DNA from: Roseburia hominis
GTDB lineage: Bacteria > Bacillota_I > Bacilli_A > RFN20 > CAG-826
Reading direction: 5' to 3'
DNA: 64,000 nucleotides
NCBI GenBank assembly: GCA_963642055.1
Contig: CAVIFQ010000003.1
Location: forward strand, 1,205-65,204
Below the pieces are notes generated by a model. It did no database searches. It worked only from the letters and a program-made list of their open reading frames with translations, and was not told the DNA's origin. Positions 1-9,295 of the stretch are shown in pieces. Both the position numbers and the translations under genes were made by a program. The first letter of the stretch is position 1. Each line of letters opens with the position of its first letter.

Positions 1-13
1 TCAACGTCTAAAT

Positions 14-493
14 ATGGAATATAGAATCGGGCAAGGTGAAGACATCCATGTGACTTCCGCTAACCGCAAACTGATTTTGTCCGGAGTCGAAATCCCGTGC
101 GAATTCGGTTTGCTCGGCCATAGCGATGCCGATGTGGTCTTCCACGCGGTGAGCGATTCCCTTTTGGGGTCTCTCGCGCTTGGCGATATCGGGCATTACT
201 TCCCGCCGAGCGATCCATCAATCGAGGGAATCGACAGCGCAAAAATCGTTGCAAAATGCCTCTCATTAATAAAAGAAGAGGGTTTTGCAGTGAATAATAT
301 CGATGTGATGATTTTTGCGGAAAAACCAAAATTATCGCCCTATATTGGAAAAATGCGCGCAAAACTCGCCTCGATTCTTGAAATCGACGAGAAACGCGTT
401 TCCATAAAATGCGGGACAAATGAGAAAAAAGACGCAGTCGGAAAAGGCGAAGCGATTCGCGCGACGAGCGTCGTGTTAGTGAAAAAGGAGTGA
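14..493 (+). CDS. ispF: 2-C-methyl-D-erythritol 2,4-cyclodiphosphate synthase
   Basis: 159 aa; IspF signature block ...GHSDADVVFHAVSDSLLGSLALGDIGHYFP...; stops 4 nt before argS. Confidence 0.9.
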   Translation: MEYRIGQGEDIHVTSANRKLILSGVEIPCEFGLLGHSDADVVFHAVSDSLLGSLALGDIGHYFPPSDPSIEGIDSAKIVAKCLSLIKEEGFAVNNIDVMIFAEKPKLSPYIGKMRAKLASILEIDEKRVSIKCGTNEKKDAVGKGEAIRATSVVLVKKE

Positions 494-496
494 ATT

Positions 497-2131
497 ATGA
501 CAAGTGAAGAGTCATTACGGAAAGCCCTGCTTGAGGCCGCGAATAAAAGCGGACTAGCAATCAGAGAGAGCGATATCGTCATCGAAAACACTAAGGATCG
601 CTCACACGGGGATTACGCCACGAATTTGGCGATGAGGTTTGCTCGTAGCAGCGGCAAAAAACCGCTCGAGCTTGCGAAACTCATCGAGAGCAATTTCTCC
701 TGCGATGCCTGCGAGCGCCTTGAAATCGCGGGGCCTGGCTTCCTCAATTTCTTCATGAAACATGAATCTCTCGGAGGCATCGTCTCTAAAATCCTTGAGG
801 AAGGTGAAAACTACGGACGCGGCGAGAAAAACGGCATCAAAGTAAATATCGAATATGTGTCCGCCAACCCAACTGGCGATTTGCATTTAGGTCATACCCG
901 CGGAGCCGCTTTAGGAGACAGCACCGCGAGTCTTTATTCTTTCGCTGGATATGATGTTACCCGTGAATACTATTTGAACGACTGTGGCAACCAAGTGGCT
1001 CATCTCGGTCATTCTTTGGGTATCAGGTATCGCGAATTATTCGGCAACAATACCGAAACGCTCGGCGATGATGACTATCACGGCGCCGATCTCATCGACA
1101 TCGCGAAAGCCATCAAGGAGAAATATGGCGATAAATATTTAACGGATAACGATGAGAGCCGCCAATTCTTCATCCGTTACGGCATCGATACGGAATTCGG
1201 CAAAATCCAAAAGGATTTAAGCGATTTCCGCGTCCATTTCGACAAGATTTCCTATGAATCGGATATCCGCAAAGGAACGAGAATCGAAGATACGATCAAA
1301 GAGCTTGAGGATAAAGGCTATGTTTACGTCCTTGACGGGGCCAAATACCTCAAAACTTCCGCCTTTTTGGACGATAAGGACCGCCCAATCGTGAAAAGCG
1401 ATGGCTCATATACCTACTTTATGCCGGATATCTGCTACCACTACGACAAGATGAGCCGTGGATATAACTTCCTCGTCGATATGCTCGGGGCCGATCACCA
1501 TGGTTACATCAACCGCATGAAGAGCGCTCTCATGATGAAGGGCTATTCAGCTGATGCGCTCAACTGCGAAATCTATCAAATCGTCAGGGTCTATAAGAAT
1601 GGCGAAGAGGTGAAGATGAGCAAGCGTACGGGCAAAGCCATCACCCACCGCGAACTCGTGAATGACTGCGGGGTCGATGCCGTGCGTTATTTCTTCGCGG
1701 AGAAAGCTGGCACGAGCCATCTCGATTTCAATTACGATTTGGCCACAAGCAAGAGCAAAGATAATCCTGTCTATTATGCTCAATATGCCCATGCTCGCTG
1801 CTATTCTTTGTTATCGTTAGGAAGCGATATCGCTCTTGATCCAACGCTAAAAGGAGTTGAAGGTGGAGCGAAAGAAGCCGAACTTTTGAAGCAACTTGCG
1901 GAATTCCCTTCTTTAATCCAAAGCGCCGCAAGTTTACGCGCGCCTTATAAAGTCGCTGGTTACATCCAAAAACTATCGTCATTGGTTCATGAATATTATG
2001 CCGCCACCAAGATCATCAACCGTGATGATACCCTCGGCACCGGCGGTAGGCTCGCCCTCATGAAAGCCGCGATGATCGTCTTAGAGAACAGCCTCTCTCT
2101 GCTAGGCGTCAGCGCCCCGACGAAGATGTAG
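497..2131 (+). CDS. argS: arginine--tRNA ligase
   Basis: 544 aa; class I HIGH-type motif (PTGDLHLGH) and KMSKR-like MSKRTGK motif; overall ArgS layout. Confidence 0.9.
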   Translation: MTSEESLRKALLEAANKSGLAIRESDIVIENTKDRSHGDYATNLAMRFARSSGKKPLELAKLIESNFSCDACERLEIAGPGFLNFFMKHESLGGIVSKILEEGENYGRGEKNGIKVNIEYVSANPTGDLHLGHTRGAALGDSTASLYSFAGYDVTREYYLNDCGNQVAHLGHSLGIRYRELFGNNTETLGDDDYHGADLIDIAKAIKEKYGDKYLTDNDESRQFFIRYGIDTEFGKIQKDLSDFRVHFDKISYESDIRKGTRIEDTIKELEDKGYVYVLDGAKYLKTSAFLDDKDRPIVKSDGSYTYFMPDICYHYDKMSRGYNFLVDMLGADHHGYINRMKSALMMKGYSADALNCEIYQIVRVYKNGEEVKMSKRTGKAITHRELVNDCGVDAVRYFFAEKAGTSHLDFNYDLATSKSKDNPVYYAQYAHARCYSLLSLGSDIALDPTLKGVEGGAKEAELLKQLAEFPSLIQSAASLRAPYKVAGYIQKLSSLVHEYYAATKIINRDDTLGTGGRLALMKAAMIVLENSLSLLGVSAPTKM

Positions 2132-2214
2132 GGAAAAGCCTAGAAAAAAGAACGCAAATCGCTGGATTTGCTAGTATGATATGTCTTGTTTAACCGAAGT
2201 TTAGGAGAAACGTT

Positions 2215-2628
2215 ATGAAATTAGATAAAAGCATGATTGAAAAAGCATATGAAGTCCTCGAGAAAAGCAACGGCAGTTTGACCTTCGCCGAGCTTGCCGA
2301 TAAAGTCGCTGAAGAGCTCGAGATGACTGAAGAAGAGAAGAAAGCGCGTCTAGGAAGCCTTTACACTTCTTTATCATTAAGCGGTAAATTCGTCACTTTG
2401 ACCGACAATACCTGGGATTTACGCTCCCGCCACACCTACGCGAAAGTCCATATCGATGTCAATGACGTCTATACGGAAGTCGAAGAGAGCGAAGAAGAGA
2501 CGGAAGAAGAAGGCGAAGAAGGCGAAATCAAGGAAGGCGAAGACGATATGCTTTCCGAGGAAGAAGAGGGAGACGACGAGAAGAAGATGTCGGAAGAGGA
2601 AATCGAATCCCTCGGCATCAACAAATAA
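2215..2628 (+). CDS. rpoE: DNA-directed RNA polymerase delta subunit
   Basis: 137 aa; N-terminal HARE-HTH-like start MKLDKSMIEKAYEVL... followed by a long Glu/Asp-rich tail typical of Firmicutes RpoE; good RBS aggagaaacgtt-ATG. Confidence 0.85.
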   Translation: MKLDKSMIEKAYEVLEKSNGSLTFAELADKVAEELEMTEEEKKARLGSLYTSLSLSGKFVTLTDNTWDLRSRHTYAKVHIDVNDVYTEVEESEEETEEEGEEGEIKEGEDDMLSEEEEGDDEKKMSEEEIESLGINK

Positions 2629-2653
2629 GCCGTTTCTTCATTTTTCACCATTA

Positions 2654-2686
2654 ACCCCCAGCGATGTCGTGTGGGGGTCTTTTTTC
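2654..2686 (+). terminator. Rho-independent terminator after rpoE
   Basis: 7-bp stem accccca/tgggggt followed by cttttttc. Confidence 0.7.
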
Positions 2687-2775
2687 TTGAAAATAGGCGA
2701 TAAAATGTGCCTTTATCTCACTTTAGGCACCTTTACAAGAAACGAAAAGGAAGGATAATATCGAAGAGGTTAACT

Positions 2776-3555
2776 ATGTATCAAAAAGAATTAGAAGCGA
2801 TGATCAAGGCAGCTTACGATGCCGAGGTCTGGATAAAGAAAGTCTATGCTGAACAGTTTGAGGTCGAAATAAAAAGCGATAACTCGCCAGTGACTTCGGC
2901 CGATAAAGGCGCCGATAAATTGATTAGGGAAGAGCTTCATGCGAAATTCCCTACATATGGCTTATTGACTGAAGAGAGCAAAGACGATCTCTCACGTTTG
3001 GAAAAGGACTTCCTTTTCATCGTCGATCCAGTCGATGGCACGAAGGATTTTGTTTCCAAAGACGATGAGTTCTGCACAAATATAGCTCTGGCCTATAAAG
3101 GAGAGGTCATTGTCGGAGTAATCAACATTCCGATGAAAAACGTTCTTTATTATGCCGTTAAAGGGGAAGGGGCTTATAAACTCGAAAAAGGGAAAGAGCC
3201 AGTACGCATCCACGTGAGCGATAAAACCGATGATTTGACTGTCTATGTTTCCCGTAATTTCTGCAATGAGAAAGAGCTAGAGGCCATCAAGAACGAAGGT
3301 TCGCGCGTAGGTGCAATCGTCCAGCTTGGAGCTGCCCTCAAATTCTGCTACATCGCCGAAGGTAAGGGCGAATTGTCTTTCAGGAAAAGCGCGAACACGA
3401 AAGAATGGGATATTGCCGCGGGCGATATCATCTTAAGCGAAGCGGGTGGCATCATGCTGAAACCCGATGGCAGCAAATACAGCTATAACCGCCTCGACGT
3501 GTATAACCGCGAAGGCTACGTTTTGTCTAACCGCAAGGAAAATATCCTTTTATAA
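2776..3555 (+). CDS. inositol monophosphatase family protein (IMPase / 3'(2'),5'-bisphosphate nucleotidase-like)
   Basis: Start taken at ATG 2776 (RBS aagaggt; the track ORF begins earlier at 2707); metal-binding motif DPVDGTKDF and C-terminal WDIAAG block of the FIG/IMPase superfamily. Confidence 0.8.
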   Translation: MYQKELEAMIKAAYDAEVWIKKVYAEQFEVEIKSDNSPVTSADKGADKLIREELHAKFPTYGLLTEESKDDLSRLEKDFLFIVDPVDGTKDFVSKDDEFCTNIALAYKGEVIVGVINIPMKNVLYYAVKGEGAYKLEKGKEPVRIHVSDKTDDLTVYVSRNFCNEKELEAIKNEGSRVGAIVQLGAALKFCYIAEGKGELSFRKSANTKEWDIAAGDIILSEAGGIMLKPDGSKYSYNRLDVYNREGYVLSNRKENILL

Positions 3556-3568
3556 AAGAGGAAAAACA

Positions 3569-4006
3569 ATGGATTTGCTGGGGCTCGCCTCATCAATTTT
3601 CCCAAAGTGCGTCATCACGATGAGGAGCGCTCTCTACGTCTATGGCTTAATAGACCGAGATGAGAGTGAGCCCATCGATCTCTGCCTCGCCCCTTTCCAA
3701 AAGAAAATAGACGATGAGCAAGTCAAATACTGGAACTTGCCCAAACGCCTTTTTGAAATCGGCGCTCATTATCTCGATAGGGGTGAAGAGTCCTATCTTA
3801 TTTACGAATTGCCGTCACTATGTGCCCAATATCTATACTTTTACCTCAACGAGAAAATAGATGAAGCGTATTTTCTTGAGGGCGTGAAAGCCATCAAAAA
3901 GGCTTACGAAGGGCGAGATAAAGAAAAAGCGGAGATGAGGGACCATCTTTATTTGTATCCTCAAGCCCGCGTTTTGATGTCGTTATTCGACAAATATGTT
4001 CTATAG
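3569..4006 (+). CDS. hypothetical protein
   Basis: 145 aa from ATG 3569 (RBS aaagagg); no family recognised. Confidence 0.5.
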   Translation: MDLLGLASSIFPKCVITMRSALYVYGLIDRDESEPIDLCLAPFQKKIDDEQVKYWNLPKRLFEIGAHYLDRGEESYLIYELPSLCAQYLYFYLNEKIDEAYFLEGVKAIKKAYEGRDKEKAEMRDHLYLYPQARVLMSLFDKYVL

Positions 4007-4390
4007 GCCTTTTTTGGCTAACTCGATTTCTCGATTTTCCGCTTCTTTTTTGGCGGCTTCTTCGGCATCTTTGCCTTCTTTTCTCGCCAAATAGGCCTCT
4101 TTCACGTCTTCTGGAACTTCGCCTGAGGCGCTTACGCCGATGACGCCTGGCACTTCTTCGCAGAGGATGATCTCGACGCCGGAAGCGATATCGTCAAGAG
4201 CGTAAGAGCAGCCTTCGCAAGCCCCTTTCATGGTCAAATAGACGATGCCGTCTTTAAAGCCGATCAATTCGACATCGCCGCCATCTCTGTAAAGGAAAGG
4301 GCGCACCTTGTCGAGCACGGTTTCGATTTGTTCTTCGATAGTCTCTTCCATAGCAAGGCATATTCTAGTTATCTGCCCCTTCCTTCGCAA
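4001..4390 (-). CDS. NifU-like (Nfu-type) Fe-S cluster assembly protein
   Basis: Nfu C-terminal-domain consensus ...DGGDVEL...GACEGCSYALDD... plus a Lys/Glu-rich C-terminal tail; start uncertain (TTG at 4390 with AAGGAGGG 12 nt upstream, or ATG giving MEETIEEQ at 4350). Confidence 0.7.
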   Translation of the reverse strand: MRRKGQITRICLAMEETIEEQIETVLDKVRPFLYRDGGDVELIGFKDGIVYLTMKGACEGCSYALDDIASGVEIILCEEVPGVIGVSASGEVPEDVKEAYLARKEGKDAEEAAKKEAENREIELAKKGL

Positions 4391-4467
4391 GGAAGATGAT
4401 TGCCCTCCTTCTTACTCTTAGTAAGAAACTCCCCTTTTTCTTTCCTTTTTTCACCCATTCTCTATAA

Positions 4468-4854
4468 TTGTTCCGTTTTATGGAAGCGAATGAAGTAAGA
4501 AACGCGGAAAGGAAAATACTCGGGGCTTTGAGGATTCTTTATGATGCAGGCTTCTTGGTGAATAGGCTCGGTTTAGCGAAAGTCATAAGAGGCGAAGCGG
4601 ATGGGGAAACTTCCCCAGTCGCCTATCTATCTTGCTTTGGCTACGCCCCTTCTTTATCGAGAAGGACGATTTCTCTTCGTCTCACGCATCTGCTCAAAAA
4701 AGGAATGGTGGAGATACGTCAAGCGTATAAAATCGATGATGCCATCTTTTTGACGGAAGAAGGCGAAAAGCGCGCCAACACGAAAATAATCATGAGTAAA
4801 TCCCTTTTCGAAAAGGAGAACAAAAACATCATTCGCTACAAAGGAGAACTATGA
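4468..4854 (+). CDS. hypothetical protein, translationally coupled to pepF
   Basis: 128 aa; stop overlaps the pepF start (ATGA at 4851-4854); no family recognised. Confidence 0.5.
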   Translation: MFRFMEANEVRNAERKILGALRILYDAGFLVNRLGLAKVIRGEADGETSPVAYLSCFGYAPSLSRRTISLRLTHLLKKGMVEIRQAYKIDDAIFLTEEGEKRANTKIIMSKSLFEKENKNIIRYKGEL

Positions 4855-6563
4855 AAAAAGAATTGGCAAAATTCGAGGACTGGCCTTTCGTTTGCCCGAA
4901 AACCTCGACCGTCGTCAGCAAACTAAACGCCCTCACTACGGAATTCAAAGGGGCGAAAAGTGAAGAAGAAGCTTATGCCGCTTTCAAGAAAATGAGCCGC
5001 TACAGCGACAAAATCCAAGACGATATCACTCACGTCCAAGTGCTCTTCTCTTTGGAGACCACTAACCCCATTTACGAGAAAGCGATGAATTCTTTAAACG
5101 AAGGATTACCGCTCATTCAGGTGGCTTCATTAGAATTCACGAAAGCTGTTTTAGAAAGCCCCTTCCGTCCGTATTTAGAGAAAAAACTTGGCAATTTCCT
5201 CTTCAAAAAGTATGAATACGCTTTGAAGAGCTTCGATGAAAGAATCGTCGAGGAAGCCCAAAAAGAGAATGAATTGGTGATGAAATACGAAGCAGCCATT
5301 GCCTCGATGAAAGTGGAATTCCGCGGAAATAGCTACAACCTTCCGCAGATGGGCAAATTCCTCATCGATAATGACCGCGAAACGAGGAAAGAGGCCGCGA
5401 AAGCCTATTACGGCTACCTTGAAACAAGAGCCGATGAGCTTGAGGATATCTATTCAGAACTCGTGAAAGTACGCGATACGATGGCGAAGAAACTCGGATA
5501 CAAAAACTATGTTGAACTTGCCTATATCCGCATGAGCCGTTTCGATTACGATCAAAATCTCGTCTCTTCCTACCGTGAGCAAATCCACGATGTCGTCACC
5601 CCACTAGTCAACAAACTAAAGAGGGATCAGTTCAAGCGCCTTGATATCAAAACGCCGAAAGTCTATGACATGGGCGTGATGTTTAAAGGCGGGAACCCAA
5701 CCCCAATCGGAACGACGGAAGAAAAAGTCGAGCACGCGAAGAAAATGTATGACGCCCTTTCTAGCGATACTTCCTATTTCTTCTCCTTCATGGTTGATCA
5801 TCATTTGATGTTCCTTGACGCCAAACCTGGCAAGCAATCGGGCGGATATATGACCTATTTCCCAGTCCATGGCTGCCCCATCATCTTCTCGAACTTCAAC
5901 GGGACGAGCGGCGATGTCGACGTCTTGACCCATGAGTTTGGGCACAGTTTCCAAGCTTATTTATCGCGCAACATCAAAGTCGCGGAGAACCGCGCCCCGA
6001 CGATGGAATCATGCGAAATCCACTCCATGTCGATGGAATTCTTCGCTGAGCCGTATATGGATCTCTTCTTCGCTGAGCCTGATAAATACCGTTATCTCCA
6101 TTTAGCCGATTCGATTTCCTTCTTGCCGTACGGCGTGACCGTCGATGAGTTCCAGGAGTGGGTCTACGAACATCCGAACGCCAATAAAGAGGAACGCGAT
6201 GAAGAGTGGCACCGCCTTGAGGAGAAATACACCCCGTGGAAAGTCAAACTCGAAAAGGATTGCCCATACTTGTTCTCTGGCCACCGCTGGCTCACCCAGA
6301 CGCACATCTTCTCTTCGCCTTTCTATTACATCGATTACACTTTGGCCCAAGTCTGCGCCTTCGAGTTCTTCAACCTCGACCGCAAGAATCACGAAAAAGC
6401 CTGGAAAAAGTACACGAAGCTTTGCAAATTGGGCGGCAATTACCCATTCCAGACGCTTCTATCGATGGTTGGCTTAAAGAGTCCGTTTGCGGAAGGCACG
6501 CTCAAAAAGACCATCAATCCGTTGAAGAAAGTCTTAAACGGCTATCACGCCGAGAACTTCTAA
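4851..6563 (+). CDS. pepF: oligoendopeptidase F family (M3B metallopeptidase)
   Basis: 570 aa; zinc motif LTHEFGHSFQAY (HEXXH) and M3B-type flanks. Confidence 0.85.
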   Translation: MKKELAKFEDWPFVCPKTSTVVSKLNALTTEFKGAKSEEEAYAAFKKMSRYSDKIQDDITHVQVLFSLETTNPIYEKAMNSLNEGLPLIQVASLEFTKAVLESPFRPYLEKKLGNFLFKKYEYALKSFDERIVEEAQKENELVMKYEAAIASMKVEFRGNSYNLPQMGKFLIDNDRETRKEAAKAYYGYLETRADELEDIYSELVKVRDTMAKKLGYKNYVELAYIRMSRFDYDQNLVSSYREQIHDVVTPLVNKLKRDQFKRLDIKTPKVYDMGVMFKGGNPTPIGTTEEKVEHAKKMYDALSSDTSYFFSFMVDHHLMFLDAKPGKQSGGYMTYFPVHGCPIIFSNFNGTSGDVDVLTHEFGHSFQAYLSRNIKVAENRAPTMESCEIHSMSMEFFAEPYMDLFFAEPDKYRYLHLADSISFLPYGVTVDEFQEWVYEHPNANKEERDEEWHRLEEKYTPWKVKLEKDCPYLFSGHRWLTQTHIFSSPFYYIDYTLAQVCAFEFFNLDRKNHEKAWKKYTKLCKLGGNYPFQTLLSMVGLKSPFAEGTLKKTINPLKKVLNGYHAENF

Positions 6564-6594
6564 AAAAGAGCGGGGCCGAAATTGCCCCGCTTTT
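6562..6594. terminator. bidirectional Rho-independent terminator between convergent pepF and fda
   Basis: aaaaaa-gagcggggc-cgaaatt-gccccgct-ttt: 8-bp GC-rich stem flanked by A and T tracts. Confidence 0.75.
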
Positions 6595-7460
6595 CAAATG
6601 CTTGCGTAATAAGAGATGGCTTTTTCTAGAGCCTCGGAGAATTCTTTCTCATCCATGTTGGCTTTCAAAGAGCTGATGAATAAACGCGAAAAAGCGGGCA
6701 CGAGCTCGGGATTTCGTTTGATTTTGGCTTCAATTTCCTCTTTTGAGAGGTCGCCGGATTTGGCCAAAAGCTCGATGATGCCATCTTCTTCGCTCAAAGG
6801 GGCGTAGAAACGATCAAGCAGAGGGTAGGAGAAGCGGTAGATGACTTCTCCTTTTTTGGCGATTCTGCCGTTCTTTTTGAGCAACTCTTCCAAAAGACGC
6901 TTCTCGGCTTTCGCGCGGTCGGCGATATGGGTGTCGACCTCGAGCTCGATGATCGGGGTTAGGCCGCTTTTCAAAGCTTCGCGGGCGACGTTTTGCGTTT
7001 TCTTGACGGCCGCTTTGATGAGCGAAGAGTCGCTAGAATAGATAAAAGACCTTATTTTAATTCCCTTAAACTGCTTTAAATGGGCGAAAGCAAGGCGCAT
7101 TTTAAGCTCGTCTTTTGAGAAAGAGGGGACTTTGAGGCCGTGTTCGTCTTTACTGACCCCATCATCGATCTTTAGATAAGATGAGATATCCTTCTCTAGC
7201 AAAAAAGCCGGCACGCTTTTTCCGTCAATCTCTTCGTAAGCACTGTCTAATGGCAAGATGGCCCCCTCGATGGAAGAAGAGGAAAAAGCGGGGTTTTGCA
7301 AGATGCGGTTACGGAGAGATGAGAATTCCTTCAGTAATGAAACAAAGGAAAAATTCGGCGAAAAAGAGTAGCCGTATTGCTCGAGGATGCGCTTTACGGA
7401 AGCAGGGCTAGTCTCATCAAGCGCGACAAAAAACTTTCTTTTCCCGAATTCGTTTTCCAC
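6594..7460 (-). CDS. fda: fructose-bisphosphate aldolase, class I
   Basis: 288 aa; N-terminus GKRKFFVALDETSPASVKRILEQYG resembles staphylococcal class I FBA (GKGFIAALDQSGGST...KAYGV); size is consistent. Confidence 0.65.
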   Translation of the reverse strand: MENEFGKRKFFVALDETSPASVKRILEQYGYSFSPNFSFVSLLKEFSSLRNRILQNPAFSSSSIEGAILPLDSAYEEIDGKSVPAFLLEKDISSYLKIDDGVSKDEHGLKVPSFSKDELKMRLAFAHLKQFKGIKIRSFIYSSDSSLIKAAVKKTQNVAREALKSGLTPIIELEVDTHIADRAKAEKRLLEELLKKNGRIAKKGEVIYRFSYPLLDRFYAPLSEEDGIIELLAKSGDLSKEEIEAKIKRNPELVPAFSRLFISSLKANMDEKEFSEALEKAISYYASI

Positions 7461-8953
7461 TACTTCGTTTTCCCGAATTTATTATTTAGATAACTGATGA
7501 AAGCGGTGGGGGAAGCCTCTTTCCCGATTACCTGCTTAATCCAACCGTTCGGGGTCAAGTAATCGTAAGCGAAATCGTTTTCTTTGAGCCAAGAGAGGAT
7601 TTCGTCCATTTTCCCAGCCTGCACCAAATCGAGTAAGCCGATTTCTTCATTCATCTTCTCGCGGATTTCGGCGCCATAGATGTTCCCTAAAGCGTAGCTT
7701 GGGAAGTAGCCGAATTCGGCATCGGTCCAGTGGATATCCTGCATGCAGCCGTCTTTATCGGAGTTAACATCCACGCCGAGGTACGATTTGTATTTCTCTT
7801 TCCAGATAGCCGGCACGTCTTTGCACTCGATTTTGCCGTTTATCAAATCGCGCTCGATTTCGTAACGGATGATGATATGGAGAGTGTAGGTCAATTCATC
7901 TGCTTCAGTGCGGATTAGGCCTGGTTCGACGTGATTGATGGTCAAATAGAAGTCCTCATCGCTCATATACGCAAAGCCTGGATCGAGGTCTTTTGCGACT
8001 AATTTCTTGAGGCGTGGGGCGAATTCTTCGCTCCGCCCGATGAGATTCTCGTAGAAGCGAGAATGGGTCTCGCAGTTGGCGGAAGTGGCGAGATTCTCGA
8101 CGAAATTGTCGTATTCCTCATCGCTCTTGTTCTGGAATTGGAGACAATGTCCGCCTTCATGAAGGATGGTGAAGAGGTTGCTTCGATAATCGCTGACGAG
8201 ATATTTGGTGGTAAGACGCGCATCATGACGATAAATATCGCTTGAGAAAGGATGGGCGCTCACTTTGAGCATGCCGCCATCTTTATCAAAACCGATCAAA
8301 TCAAGGAGGTCATAAGAGAGATTGAGTTGTTTAGCGATCGGCATCGGCTTGATGGGCGGAAGAGGATGCGCAGCTTGTTTGGAGATAGCCATCGGAAGGA
8401 GTCTCATGATGGCTTTTTTGATCGGGGCGAAGAGAGAATCGAGATATTCGGTCGTTTCGCCCGGCTCATAGGAATCAAGCAAAGCATCATATGGCGTTTT
8501 CATTCCGCTCTTCATGCGGGCTTTGGCCAAAAGGCGCGCCCAATTGACGCATTCTTCCCAATAGGGGAGCCACTTTTCAAAATCGGAGGTATTGCGGTAT
8601 AAGCGCCACATCTCATTGCTCTTGCTGAAGGCTTTTTTGGCTGAGGTATAGTCTTTGAGCGAGACTTTTTCCATGAGGGAAATCTCATCATCGAGGACAG
8701 TGAAGAGGCGTTTTTCATAAGGAGAAAGGCCTTTTTGCTCCAATCCGCGCTTCACGAGATTCTTGAAGGAGGCCTCTTGGGAGATGGAGGCCAAAGAAGA
8801 ATCGTAAAAGGCCAAAAGGTTGGACTGATCCTCGATTGATTTATTGGGAGCAGCGGTGGCCAAATCGTAATAAAGGAGATTCACGAGATAACGGAGTCTT
8901 CTCCTCTTTTCCAAATATGGCCGCAATGCTTCAAAGTAAAGGTTATGTTTCAT
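7460..8953 (-). CDS. carboxypeptidase Taq-like (M32) metallopeptidase
   Basis: 497 aa; HEGGHCLQ (HEXXH), DIHWTDAEFGYFPSYALGNIYGA block and HPF-type M32 features. Confidence 0.8.
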   Translation of the reverse strand: MKHNLYFEALRPYLEKRRRLRYLVNLLYYDLATAAPNKSIEDQSNLLAFYDSSLASISQEASFKNLVKRGLEQKGLSPYEKRLFTVLDDEISLMEKVSLKDYTSAKKAFSKSNEMWRLYRNTSDFEKWLPYWEECVNWARLLAKARMKSGMKTPYDALLDSYEPGETTEYLDSLFAPIKKAIMRLLPMAISKQAAHPLPPIKPMPIAKQLNLSYDLLDLIGFDKDGGMLKVSAHPFSSDIYRHDARLTTKYLVSDYRSNLFTILHEGGHCLQFQNKSDEEYDNFVENLATSANCETHSRFYENLIGRSEEFAPRLKKLVAKDLDPGFAYMSDEDFYLTINHVEPGLIRTEADELTYTLHIIIRYEIERDLINGKIECKDVPAIWKEKYKSYLGVDVNSDKDGCMQDIHWTDAEFGYFPSYALGNIYGAEIREKMNEEIGLLDLVQAGKMDEILSWLKENDFAYDYLTPNGWIKQVIGKEASPTAFISYLNNKFGKTK

Positions 8954-9088
8954 GGTTTTCCCTCGTCTTGCGCTTATTTTCGCACGCGCGCGAAAGATAA
9001 CAAGAGGAATTGCCCTTACTGAAGGGTTTTATGAAGAGAGTAAACGAGGAAGGGAAATGCTGTATAATGGAGTTGCTCGTTTGAGCGC

Positions 9089-9240
9089 GGGTCCCAAATT
9101 GTTCCCCTACATTTCGTAATAGGAGCCCTGACTGGAGATAACCTGTGTTGAAAGCCCATCTTGAATGGGAATCCTGACGGTTTGACCAAGAGCCCCACCT
9201 CCCATTTTGAGAGGAAACACGAAGGGACCCTTTTTAAAAA
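9089..9240. ncRNA. candidate structured RNA / cis-regulatory element of unknown class in the 342-nt gap between divergent genes
   Basis: gggtccc (9089) pairs with gggaccc (9228) to close a roughly 145-nt element; a T5 tract follows directly; no credible ORF (track ORFs here look spurious); strand unresolved. Confidence 0.35.
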
Positions 9241-9295
9241 GAGAAGCAATAGTCGAGCGTTTTGGATTTATCATGAACGAATAGAGGAATAAAAA

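Noticed and set aside
2464-2600. GAA/GAG-rich repetitive DNA (also 35500-35570 in addA) as possible repeat/CRISPR-like array
   Set aside because: Codes for acidic protein tails in frame. There is no repeat-spacer periodicity; no CRISPR array exists in the window.
2456-2758. 100-aa Lys/Arg-rich ORF (MSMTSIRKSKRAKKRRKKK...)
   Set aside because: Alternate frame of the GAA/GAG-rich acidic-tail coding region of rpoE plus the terminator; an artefact of codon repetition.
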